From contig OZ024743.1 in the NCBI GenBank assembly GCA_964016885.1, forward strand, positions 188,418,001 to 188,482,000: 64,000 nucleotides of DNA. Direction: 5' to 3'. A model generated the notes under the pieces. The model was given only the letters and a program-made list of their open reading frames with translations, had not been told where the DNA came from and made no database searches. This document shows positions 1 to 11,623 of this stretch, piece by piece (position 1 is the stretch's first letter; every line of letters begins with the position of its first letter). The stretch is from Eledone cirrhosa (taxonomy: Eukaryota). A program made the translations under genes and the position numbers.

Positions 1-231
1 TATATATATATATGTATATGCATATGTGCGAGGGTATGAATATATATCTAGATGGGGGTTACAAATATAAACTTTATCAGCTGCTGTAGGTTAGAAATGT
101 ACTTATATAATGTAAATTTATGTTCCATAAATAGTTCAACTTAGACGTCTATAGAATATTAAGAAACAAAATTATAATGATTGATAATGATTGATAATGC
201 TGTTGGATATGTAGGAATGAGTAATGTAAAG

Positions 232-251
232 TTATATATATATATATATAA

Positions 252-317
<66 letters not shown>
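232..317. repeat. (TA)n microsatellite, one of many in the window
   Basis: Directly visible dinucleotide run. Confidence 0.95.
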
Positions 318-320
<3 letters not shown>

Positions 321-541
321 GAGGCTACCACTGTCAAAAAAGTATTCAATTCGTTAGTAGAATATAGGTGTATTCATTTTATTATAGAAATGACTTCTAT
401 GGGACAAAACCTGTTTCATTCATAAGAAATCATCAGTAGTGAAGTCAGATAATTTTTGTCAGCTTCAGTATTTATACTACCCTAAGTATTGAGTACTCTG
501 GTGTGTTGTGGTCCACCTGGTATCTTATCACACCCTCTTTG

Positions 542-543
<2 letters not shown>
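318..543. mobile_element. Short PLE-like element between (TA)n tracts, with a degenerate hammerhead on minus and the shared terminal motif at both ends in inverted orientation
   Basis: Minus strand reads CTGATGA-tttc-ttat-gaat-GAAAC-agg...ATA-gaagt, then AATAAAA. ACCAC-N10-GTATTCAAT on plus at 327-350 and GTATTGAGTAC-N11-GTGGT at 486-512. Left part is homologous to 10340-10445; right part to 50885-50962 and 54894-54970. Confidence 0.65.
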
Positions 544-575
<32 letters not shown>

Positions 576-1407
576 GTATGTATAGTATATTTGGCAATAT
601 ACTGTATGTTTAATTAAAACCTAATATATATATATATAAGATATACCAGTGTGTGTGTGAAAGAAAGAGAGAGAAAGAGAAAAGATAATGGAAACATGTA
701 AACACATATGTATATATACATGTGGATATTTCTGGAGCAAAAATTTCCTTTTTGATTCTGACTTATTTTCTTATTAAAAATACGAATAAATATTTTATCT
801 CTTTTTCCAAGAAATTAATAACTCTATTTCAATTCTGCTTTTGTAAAAGACATATGTACACATCAGTGTAGTATCTTTAAGACAAATTTCTATTTTAGCA
901 GGAAGATTAAAAAAAAAAAAACTATGTTGAATATTGCTACAGGATATATATTCTATTTTTATGCAGATAACCTGTTGTTCATGTCATTGTTATTAAATTG
1001 TAGTCCTTGTTGATGTTGTTTATGTATATGACAAACTTGGTTGAGTATACTTAAGATTAAAAACACTCCAGGTTTAACAACCTGGTCTAATTTTAGGCAT
1101 AATATTTCTATGACTGCATAACACCATGTGTCCTTCTTTTATGATGGTAAGCTATTTAGTTGTTATTTCTAGTGACTGCGTAGAGTCTCTATTGTTCTTT
1201 ATGTTGCTGGTATCAATATTGTTGTTGTTTATCTGTTTAAACTTGATCATGAAAAGCAGTCCAAGCAGGATCATTCTTATATGTTTTCTTCATACAATGG
1301 ATTATATTATCCAATGTGCTGTTTCATTTATATATTGGTAGAGTATGATATTAAAGAGATTTACCTGTGAGTTTGTCTGGTCATATCATATTTCTCCTGG
1401 TTATTGC

Positions 1408-1580
1408 AGTTGTTGTTTGGCTCTAAGTCATCTCTGATTGAACAAACCTATTATAAAAGGCATTCCAGCCATGTTTTGTGTATCTATGCCCAATGACCTT
1501 TCTTATCAAAGATGGTAGGGGGAGATTTGGGAGCTCTTATAGGAGATTAAATGACTTCATAAAGGCTTTCCCACTTTTTT
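1408..1580 (-). mobile_element. Degenerate dispersed repeat with an (AAC)n-type tail, probably a SINE/LINE 3' end; other copies near 6830-7010 and 60700-60880 (opposite strand), 9210-9360, 9400-9600, 43760-43930, 49150-49330, 56665-56760, 57320-57400
   Basis: Recurring degenerate motif gttgttgtttag...ctgat(t/c)(g/a)a.ca.accta...aaag.cattc...ccatgac...gatttg.ctgctat. Confidence 0.55.
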
Positions 1581-1609
1581 CTTGATGTTAGTATTTGGTT
1601 TGAACAAGG

Positions 1610-1790
1610 AAATTAAAGGAGTGCCAGGAGAATTAGCAGGCCAAAATAATTTGTGGCATTATTTTAGCACTTTACAATTTGAGTCCAAATCCTGCCAATG
1701 TCAACAATGCATTTCATTCTTCAAAGTTTGATAAAATAAAATACCCACACTCTGCCCAAATTTCTCACTATATGATTATATAAGAAATTA
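1610..1790 (+). mobile_element. Old degenerate tRNA-derived SINE of the 48813 family; similar relics at about 2600-2720(-), 3080-3200(+), 9810-9965(+), 60200-60380(+), 60540-60660(-), 61185-61300(-), 63510-63630(-)
   Basis: B-box-like gagtccaaatcc followed by gcatttcattcttc...gataaaataaaatacc, resembling 48887-48952. Confidence 0.6.
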
Positions 1791-1879
1791 TTTTATTTTA
1801 GTTAGAAAATTTTAAATATTTTTCTCTCAGTGGAAACCATTCTATATATATATATAGATAAATCTACCAAAATGTACAT

Positions 1880-2314
1880 TTTTCATACTCCTTCCATTCA
1901 AAACTGAAATCTGCCTTCTTCTACCCCTAAATTAAAGTTCCATTACTACTATTTTACCATTTAGCCAGTTATTACCTTTCTATTGGTCAATTCAAAACCT
2001 GTTCCCAAACAGACCTATTATATTAAATCTTTGTTGGTTTTATTCAATGAACAAATATAATTATTTCTGAAGACAGCATATGACCTATTTTCATCCCTAA
2101 GATAATCTTTCATTCATAATATTCTTTCCATCCAAAACTGAAATCTACCTTCCTCTACCCATAAATTAAGGTTCTTTTACTACTATTTTACCATCTTGAC
2201 CTTCACTATCTTTCTATTGGTCAATTCAAAACCTGTTCTCAAACAGACCTATTGTATTAAATCTTTGTTGGTTTTTTTCAATAAACAAATATCATTATTT
2301 CTGAAGACAGCATA
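1880..2314 (+). repeat. Local tandem duplication, two copies with a period of about 234 bp
   Basis: ccat(t/c)caaaactgaaatct.cctt...tattggtcaattcaaaacctgttc.caaacagacctatt.tattaaatctttgttggttt...ctgaagacagcatat occurs twice. Confidence 0.9.
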
Positions 2315-3379
2315 TATATGTGTAGGTATGTATATTCCTTCTGATAGTTTGTAAAAATTTTACATAGATCTATAGGATATGCATACTAACACTAACATAT
2401 ATATCCTAGAAACGATCGTAAAATGATGAATTTTTTAATATAAGGAACTGTTTCTTTGTTTATTCATTATTTTTATTAATTTATATATATATATATATAT
2501 ATATAAATATATATATATATATCAATACAAAATTGTGATTTACAAAACACCTAAATCCTATGAAGCCTTTAATAATTTGTCCAATCTACTGCTCTGAAGT
2601 AGTACTTTATTTATCGGCGCTGAAAGGATAAAATGTGAATTTACCTCAGCCTGATTTGAACTCTGTGCAGAGAGTCAGTCAATACTGCAAGACATTTAAA
2701 CTGATGACTCTGCTAGTTCACTACTAAATGTAATCTACATGGTTGCAAAGTATGCAATCTCTATGAATGACCAAGTGTTCACAACAATGTGAAAGAAACT
2801 TTAATAAAAAATAAGAGGTAAAGAGTGTCATCAATATTATGTTTACTCAGCTATTTATGTAGACCTTAGTATGAACACAATAATTTAGTGTTAAGTTTTA
2901 AAAAAGTATTTGAACATGGAGTAAGTATTTGATTATCAGGTGTGTCCTTTATTTTGCTTGCTACTTTTGCATTTGACAAACTGTCATAAGGAAAATCTCT
3001 GGAAAGTAATGATTTTATTCAAGCTTATACTACATGGGAATGAAGTCTTTTAAATTATTTTATAAGTAGTAACAAATGGTAGTTGATTGACAGGGTTAAT
3101 GAAGTCATCTTGCCCTCTGTGCTCTGAGTTCAAACCTTGTCAAAATCAACTTTGTCTTTCATTATGTTAAGTACCAGCTCAGTACTTATGCAGCCCTCAC
3201 ACCCTCAATATTCTCATTCTCCGACTTAATCGAGAATGGGATGGTCAAAAGGCTGTCTGGTATTCTCCTGACTACAGGGTCATGGGAGTGACAGCCATAA
3301 TTTGTTCTTCATATCACCTTTCTTAGAAAAGAGTAACAGTAATGAGAATATCTGTTATTGTTTTATTCCTGATTACATA

Positions 3380-5310
3380 CATCATCATCATCATGGTTTA
3401 ATGTCTATCTTCCACGCTAGCATGGGTTTAGATGGGAATTGTCCCACGTGAGGCAAGATTGCTTGTTTTGCTTGTATAGGACTGTCTGGCAGGTTTTCTA
3501 TGGCTGGATGCCCTTCCTATCACCAACCTGTTCAGTGTGGACTGGGAGGTTTTTACTGTGTTACCTACATGGCGTGGACTGTGTGTTTTTTTTTGTTGTG
3601 ACACCTGCACAACCTCATTTATGTAGGATGGGATGTTGTGGCACCAACATAACTTTACAGAGAAAGGGGTGGTGTAGATGGGGGTGGGGGGGTAGTGATA
3701 GTGGGATGGGGGTATATTTTTGGTTAGGAGGTGCCTACTGACTGTAGGTTTCACTTTGTACATAGGCAAAGCGGGTCTTCTGTATTACTGCGTAGCGCCA
3801 AAGATCTCGGTCCAGTGACATTGTCTTGGAGAGGTGTAAGTGTATAAGGTCGGAATTTATCAAATCGTCCCAGGTTTTTCTGGGTCTGCCTACTCCGTGG
3901 CTACCGTCTCTTTTGATCGCCCTGCACTGTTTTTATACAGCTGTCGTCTTTCATACACATCATGTGACCATACCAACATAGTCTTCTCTCGAGTAAACAG
4001 CATCTGATCCCTCTTATTCCTAATTTCTCACTTAGTTCATTTATGCTTTGCCGTTCACGTATATTACTATTACACATCCAACGGATCCTCTGCACACAAT
4101 GCCCATGTCTCACTGCCATGTAACATTGCTGTTCGTATGCAGGCATCATACAGTCTGCCTTTCAGTTTTAGGGAGAAACCTTTAGCAGCCAATAGTGGTA
4201 CAAGCTCTCTGAACTTTTTCCATCCCGTTCTGACTCTAGCTACTGTACTTTCAGAGTACGCTCAACCACTGCTGATTTTGTCACCCAGGTAACGGAAGGT
4301 TTCTATAGAACCATCTGGGCAATGGAAGGAGCTAGTATCCTGTGGGCACTTGCTACTACTTATTGCACCTGAGCACCGGTCACATATAAAATCTGTTCTT
4401 AGTTTGTTTAGCTGTGATCCCACTACATATTTTATGTACCCATACTTTGCATTTGGGACATAAAATGGAGTTTCTGCCTACTCCTTTCCTACACACTGAG
4501 CATGGCCATTTCCCAGAGGGGACCAGTGCCCTATTTTCCTTCCTACATACTAGAACTTTAGACATAGACAAGTTAATTTTAAGGCCTTGTGATTCTAGGC
4601 CATGCTTCCATGTTTGGAATTTCTTCTCTAGTTCAGCCATTGATTCAGCTATGAGTGTTAGATCATCTGCGTATAGAAGTTCCCATGGGCAGCCGGTCTT
4701 GAACTCCTCTGTTATAGCCTGAAGGGCAATAATAAATAGGAGGGGGCTAAGGACAGAGCCCTGATGAACACCAACTTTTACGCTAAATTCTTCACTATAT
4801 TCATTGTTAATTCTAACCTTGCTGACTGTTTCTTTATACATGGCTTGTATAGCTCTCATGAGCCATTCATCAGCACCTAGTTTTCTAAGAGCCTACCAGA
4901 TAATGGAGTGGGAACCCTGTCAAAGGCTTTCTCCAAGTCAACAAAAGCTAAGTATAGGGGTTTACTTTTAGCTAGGTACTTCTCCTGTAGTTGTCATTCA
5001 AGGAAAAGAGCGTCTGTGGTACTTTTACCTGACACAAACCCAAACTGCATTTCCTCTAGATCAATTCGCTCTCTGATTAGTTGTGCTATAGCTTTTTCTG
5101 TGACCTTCATGATCTGGTCAATTAATTTAAGGCCTCTAGAGTTTCCCCTATCTAGGGCATCTCCTTTACTCTTGTAGCAGTTAATGATGATGCTGCTATG
5201 CCAGTCATTTGGTATGACCCCATTCTGTATGACTTGGTTTACTATCCAGATGCTTTCAGCATTTCAGCAACTATCTACAAAGTCCCAGCTGCTTTGCCTG
5301 TCTTCATATT
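3380..5310 (-). mobile_element. 5'-truncated, decayed RTE LINE (subfamily A), RT to 3' UTR with (GAT)n tail
   Basis: ORF 4380..4859 has QGSVLSPLLF and LYADD and is nearly identical to the matching part of 15030..18146. Contains small internal deletions and frameshifts; 3' end is cccatgctagcgtggaagatagacattaaacc-atgatg. Confidence 0.93.
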
Positions 5311-6998
5311 TACTATTGGAAAACTTGAATTCATTACTCATATATTATCAGTTACACAGTGTTATTTCTATCAGATTTATTTGCACAAACTAATAGAAAC
5401 TCAAATATTTCAAAGCTTTGATCTTCTATTTATGTTTTCCTTTATGTATTCAGCACCACAAAACTGCAGCAGCAAATACTCAGAACACAATGTTGGCCAC
5501 CATCATTGTAGAAATATTTTACATATTATCTAATATCAATTTTCTTTCTTGACATTAAATCTCATTTCATCACAGCAGTAAACTACAATTGTTCAGGGTA
5601 GCCCATTTGCCCCTAAACGATGGTGGGAAGGATTGGATCATAAAATATTTAGATTACTTTCAAACTATTAAAAGCAGCACTGAGGTCCTTTAGATAATAG
5701 GATTAATTTGAAAAGCTTTTTCTATAAATGATATTTTCCTACTGACTGAGTAAATCAAGCTTCTTAAAATAATTCTTATCTCACTTGTTCCAGCTATGCA
5801 GTCATGCAATAGTTTTCATTTCATTGCTCTAATACCACAAAAAAAAAAGAAAGAAAAACATTGCATTGCATTACTCAAGTGTAAATAACATCTTAAATCT
5901 GAGCTTTACTTTGTCATGTTTCCATTTTTTGAAAAGATAAAGTGAACCCTCTTACATCCATAAGCTGTTTGTCAGTAGTTGTATCAGAGTTGATCTTAGA
6001 TCAACATAATGATTTTCAATGTTTAGAGGGTTTCATCGTTTTGGGGGTGGTGATGGTGATGGGGTAGTGATCATGATCCAGCCAAAAGATTAATTGGATT
6101 GGGTTTGCTCTCTAGCTAGTGAGACAGTTCATTGGAGCATGGGTTCATAATTTGAATCCTTTCCCAGTATTCTTGATTATCTAATTTCCAATGGAACTCT
6201 GAAACATATAGTACATGTTGCTGCTGGACACAACATGTAAGGTTTCAACTAGTAAGGTTTCAATGTATGAGCTGTGCACCAACAGCCCATGCATCCTAAC
6301 CCATCAGGCATAACAGAAAGTCTTCATCAATTTAATGCAGCTCAGATTGAAAGAAAATTTTGAATTATGAATCAAACTTTCTATAGTCTCATTTATGCAG
6401 AATTGTAATTTCTTCTGAAGCCTTTGACGCTGGTTAGATGACAGTTAATAAATCAATTTACTTGCCTTAATACACATATAACCACACAGGTGCATTCACA
6501 CACACGCATCTACACACATATATAAACACTCATGAATATACTACCATATATATCTTATGTATTATATTTATGCTTATAAAATATTTCAAGCTCGTAACAC
6601 ATCAATTCAGATATTCATAGTGGATGTAATATTTATGATCATACAATATTCATTTCCGATATATGAAATAATTCTTATGAACATTCTCATATTAGTCAGT
6701 ATCCATAAGCTTTACAAATGTATATATTTCTTTCAAGTATTCTCACAGTTCTGAGAATAAAATTTTCATACCAATTCTCTTTTCCTTCATTAAATGATGC
6801 TGCATATCAAAGCAATGTGTTCCTTCTCTGGTGACTGTGTGAGCAAGACTCTACAAAATTGTTCATCCACTAAAAATAACAGCCAAATAAGTCGCAAATC
6901 ACATTATATCCTCTTTAAAAAGAAAGCATATATGATATTGCTCTCAGAAATAAGCCAGTAAGCTTTTCATCATAAATCCCCTTGATCAGACCTAACAT

Positions 6999-7097
6999 TA
7001 ACAACATAACCTACAAGAGTTAAGATGGTAACTTTTGCTAGAATTAACAGTAACAACATAACCTACAAGCATTAAGATGGTAACTTTTCCTAGAATT
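6999..7097 (+). repeat. Two-copy tandem repeat, unit about 53 bp
   Basis: taacaacataacctacaag..ttaagatggtaactttt.ctagaatt occurs twice. Confidence 0.85.
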
Positions 7098-7569
7098 GGT
7101 GAATGGAAGAGATGAATGGATATTCAGAATAGAGATTTGTCTTGAATGGTTGCAACAAGGAGTACTCCGCTAAAGGCACCCTAGGGTTAGATACAGGTTT
7201 TAAATCAGTTGATGGATTAAGTCTACAGAAATTAAGTCTATAAGACATGGTATGGGACATACTAATAGGTGTGATGTTAATGTTGAATAAATGGAATGTT
7301 TGACTTACAATTTCAGGTTATTCTTAGCAGATCTGTTCTGCTAGAGAACAGGTCACAGGTAGTGGATAGTATTATAGTCACTAGATATAATTGTTTCTAC
7401 TTTTGGCACAAGGCCAGCAATTACCCAGTGCATTACTGCTAGATATAATGGTTAATTGCAATACAAGTAGCCTCTTGACAGATGAATCAGCAACCCTGAA
7501 CATACAACAGTAGACTACTAGGGGGGAGATGTAACAATGGGTAACATTGTTATCACCTAATAAATTTCT

Positions 7570-8415
7570 CACAACCCAGTGATGTAGCTATGATAAGGTG
7601 AGTAAAGGCTGCCTCTAAAATGGCCTAGTCTTCACAGGACTGAGACAAGTACCAGATTGGTAACTGGCATGAATGAGACAACAAAAACACTGCAATATGG
7701 CTGGAAACAGTAAAGATGTCCATACTACATCCTCCTTCATGAAGGAAAACAAGGGACACATTCAGAACCTAGGAAAAAAGGCCTGTTCAAAGAATTTATT
7801 GCAGTCTCCATTCAACGCTCCAAGAAGTGGCAATAGGCCAGCAACCTGTCCAAGGAGGCATGGGATGGAAGCACAAATGTTATGTATCCTGAGACCCCAG
7901 TAAAGATCTAGAAAGGAGTAAAGCCTAACAATTGGAAACTGGAATGTTACAATACTTACCAGCAAGGAGCATGAACCAGTGGAGGAGGCTCAATGCAACT
8001 GGCTAGTCAGAGTTTCCTCAACAAAGATCCATGACATTTGTATTGTAGGAAACTCTCATATTTAGGTGTGGTACCAGAAGAAAAAGAACAAGAGGGAGAG
8101 GGAATACTCACATGCCCTTGGCTGTCAGAATGTGGGATAGACTGGATTCCAAAGGGAGGGGGAATTTGCCTCTTTAAGCTTTGGCTGAAAAAATGGTCTC
8201 TGTGTGTGGTGCAAATTTATGTGCCAAACAGAGAGTCCAAATACAAATTCTTCTTTGATGTAGTCACTGCATCATTAGATTTAGTTAAGACTGTGTCATA
8301 TATCCTGATGGGAGACATCAATGTACATTCAATGTGGGTGTCAGTCTCCATGAAGGGTGTGTAATGTCACCTCTCCTGTTCATAATCTTCTAGGACAGAA
8401 TCGACATGTGCAGAT
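7570..8415 (+). pseudogene. Decayed older RTE (Expander/Rex3-like): 5' UTR and APE start fused by internal deletion to an RT fragment
   Basis: Encodes LTIGNWNVTILTSKEHEPVEEA, VVQIYVPN and ILMGDINVH, then LHEGCVMSPLLFIIF*DRIDMC. 5' UTR is the reverse complement of about 25340-25530. Confidence 0.75.
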
Positions 8416-10273
8416 TTTTAATGTTTGAGTGAAAAAACAATGTTGAGGGGAAAATGCCCATGAAATGTTGATTATTCCAATACCAACATCATCATTATCA
8501 TTGTCTATCATCTATTTTCCATGCTTGCATGACTTAGCTGGGCTATCCCTTTATGATGTCAAACAGGTATGGTGACCACATCTTGCTCATATGCTCCATT
8601 TTGACTTGGTTTTCTATGGCTGGATGTCCTTCCTAATGCCAAACACCTTACAGGGTGGACTGGGTACTTTTTGTTGTGACACCAATATAACAACCTTCCA
8701 ATGTGGACTGGGTGTGAAAATTATAATTGCCTAAGTGTGGCAATGGGTGGTGATGTGAGGCTAATGATGAAATAACTTGAAATAAGTATAAGCTATAAGA
8801 AGTAAATGACATCCTAGAAAATGTGAAACAAATGAAGCAGCAAAGAGCATACAGGAACTGATAAAAAGTTTCTTGATAATCCATACATCTTGCTTTTGGG
8901 ATATTTTGAATTTGTAGATTTGAAAAAAATCATTTATTCTACATATTTATTGGTATAACCCCAATCTATTTTTATAAGCTCTAAGTTTACTACTACCGTA
9001 TTTAAGGAGGAACGTTTTAGAATATATACCTAGGAATTGTTCTACATACCTTTGCCTCTTCATCTATATAATGAACATTAATACACAAGCGTTCCTCTGA
9101 TAAATTCACCGCTTTTAATTCATGAATGAATTCTGGAAAAGTATAAATGTTAAAAAACATATATTTGTTTTCAATTAATGTAAAAAAACATTGTTTTTTG
9201 TTATTTTAGTTGTTGTTTAGTCACAAATCTACACTGATCAAGCAAATTTACAATTAAAGACATTCTATCCATGACCACGCCATATTATTTTTTATTTAAT
9301 TTGTTAAGATGTGTTTCATTGGGGATTTTACTGCTATATCTAACCTGTCAAATGACTACATAATAATTGAATTGATTGGCCTTATCATTGCCATTACTGT
9401 TGTTATCTAGTTCTAAACAAACCTTGCATGAGTAGACCTACATGATCAAATACTTTCTAATAGTGACTATCTCATCATCCCATCTTTTTGTATAACCTGT
9501 ACGTATTTCACAATGGATTAGTCATTCTGACTCCTTTTTAAAATGGCTTTGATGTAATTTGAAAGAGATTTGACTGCTATTTCCTGAAATTGATTACTAG
9601 CTGCTGTTGTTTATGCTGTTCCTGTTATTGCTTATATTGTTGGTTATGTTGGTATTCTCATTGCTGCTATTATTATTGTTATTGCTGAGTAAATAAACAA
9701 ATACTGATCATATATTTGTATGAATTAACATTCTTCTGCAAAGAATAATCAGAAAGTTGTTATAGATAAATAAATAATTAGGAAGCTATTATAAATAAAC
9801 ATTTAGGGTGATGCATTTGCCGAATCAGTAGAGAATCAGTAACAAATATATTTCATATCCCTAGGGACAATATAAATAAAATACTAGTAAAGTATTAGGT
9901 TTGATATTATCGATCATTCTCCCACCCATAGAAAATTTCTGGTTTTGTTTCTGTGAAAAAAATTATTGTTCTTGTTGTTTCAACTGTTGAATCATTTATA
10001 ACTAATCCTATTTTTATTTATTGTTTTTATTTAGATATTGTTTCGTTATTTTTTGTATAGATACCTTTGCTGTTGCTTTAGTTATAACATACATTTTCTT
10101 GCATTCAGCTCAAACCCCATTTAAGACACACTTCCTCACCCACTACACAAACATAACCCTTACCAATCATCTCATATTCTTATTATATACAAAATTGCTT
10201 AGCTCGGTTTTACTTTTTCCTCTTTTATTGTTTCTTTTTATGCACAGAGACACACACATGTATGTACCTATAT

Positions 10274-10310
<37 letters not shown>

Positions 10311-10312
<2 letters not shown>

Positions 10313-10516
10313 CGTAGGTCCCGGGTTGAGTCGGGGATAACCACAGTAAGTAAGGTACTCAATACATGGCAGAGTAAAATTTTTTAATTTTATAGAAGGA
10401 GCTTCTACAGGACTAGTACTGTTTCATTCAGATGAAATCTTCAGGAAGCTTCCTGAAGATTTCATCTGAATGAAACAGTACTAGTCCTGTAGAAGCTCCT
10501 TCTATAAAATAAAATA

Positions 10517-10520
<4 letters not shown>
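10311..10520. mobile_element. Palindromic hammerhead-bearing PLE-like element in (TA)n; perfect 124-bp palindrome at 10387-10510
   Basis: Zero-spacer palindrome centred on AAG|CTT (10448/10449). Terminal motif ACCAC-N10-GTACTCAATAC..AGAGT at 10340-10375. (TA)n on both sides. Confidence 0.8.
10447..10497 (+). ncRNA. Type I hammerhead ribozyme candidate, mirror copy on minus at 10400-10450
   Basis: Stem I AGCTTC/GAAGCT; core CTGAAGA; short stem II t-TTCA-tc-TGAA-t; GAAA; stem III ACAG/CTGT with loop tactagtc; cleavage triplet GUA. The 10.1-11.1 pair is U-U, which is non-canonical. Confidence 0.7.
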
Positions 10521-10572
<52 letters not shown>

Positions 10573-10581
10573 CATGTATGT

Positions 10582-10828
10582 GCCTTTGCTCACCATAAAA
10601 GCTTCATGGCACAGGCATTGCTTTATATCTGGAGATCTCTCTGCACTTGTCATCACATGGTACCATGGGCCCAGCACTATGGGTCGATAATTGTCACAAG
10701 TGTAGTGTTTGTACCAGAGTTTTCAAGTTGCTGGCTGGACTAAAAAGTCACACTCGTTCAGCGCATCGGTAGTTCTCCTACATGGATATAAAGTAGTGGC
10801 CGTACTCGAAAACGAGTTGGCAGCCACC
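10582..10828 (+). mobile_element. Short 3' fragment of a different LINE (RTE/BovB-like) ending in a C2H2 zinc finger, with a 12-bp target-site duplication
   Basis: Encodes HKCSVCTRVFKLLAGLKSHTRSAHR*. Terminal hairpin gtggc..ctcg-aaaa-cgag..gccac. Direct repeat ATGCATGTATGT at 10570-10581 and 10829-10840. Confidence 0.7.
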
Positions 10829-11587
10829 ATGCATGTATGTATGCGTGTATGTATGAATGTAGGAATATATGTATGTATTTAGGTATATATGAATATATGT
10901 ATGTATGTATGATGTATGAATGTACATATATGTAAGTGTATACTTCTTTATATATATATATTTATAGTTTTAGTTTTCAATTTCCTGACAATATTATTGG
11001 TTTGAGATGGGAAATGGAATTCCCTTGTCAGATATTTTCTTCTTCTGTCAGTAGTTAGGTATATATTCATGAGGAAAAAATTAGAATTATGGTTAGGCAA
11101 CATCATCAACAACACTAAAATAACATGTACAATACAATCAACAACAGCAGCAACTAAAAAAAAAACAAGAACAAGCAAAATGACAAAAATATTATAAATA
11201 TAAACAACAGCAATGACAGGAATTACAAGAGCAACAAGGAAAAGAAGGGAAAGTAAAGTAAAATTTAACTAACAAACAATAACAGCAACAAGGACAGCAA
11301 GAATTATACCAACCACACTATTACAAGAAAAAAGCCCTCATAAATGAAGCAGAGTAGAATTGATGGAGATAAGGATAATAATAAAAGAATAAAAATAAAG
11401 GGAAAAAAATAACTATAACAGACTAGAGGTATGTTAAGCTAATGGGGATATATACAGTTAAGAATTATTGTATATATGTATATATGTAAAAACTGATGAA
11501 AAAATAATTGGTGGGTGATGGGACTGAGAAAGTAACTGAATAGGAAAGAAGCCTTGTATTTGTATGTGTATGTTATGTGTTTATGTG

Positions 11588-11588
<1 letters not shown>

Positions 11589-11623
<35 letters not shown>

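Noticed and set aside
2701-2730. Isolated CTGATGA heptamers (also 11493, 31948 and within RTE ORFs)
   Set aside because: No stem II plus GAAA and no stem I/III pairing; chance matches.
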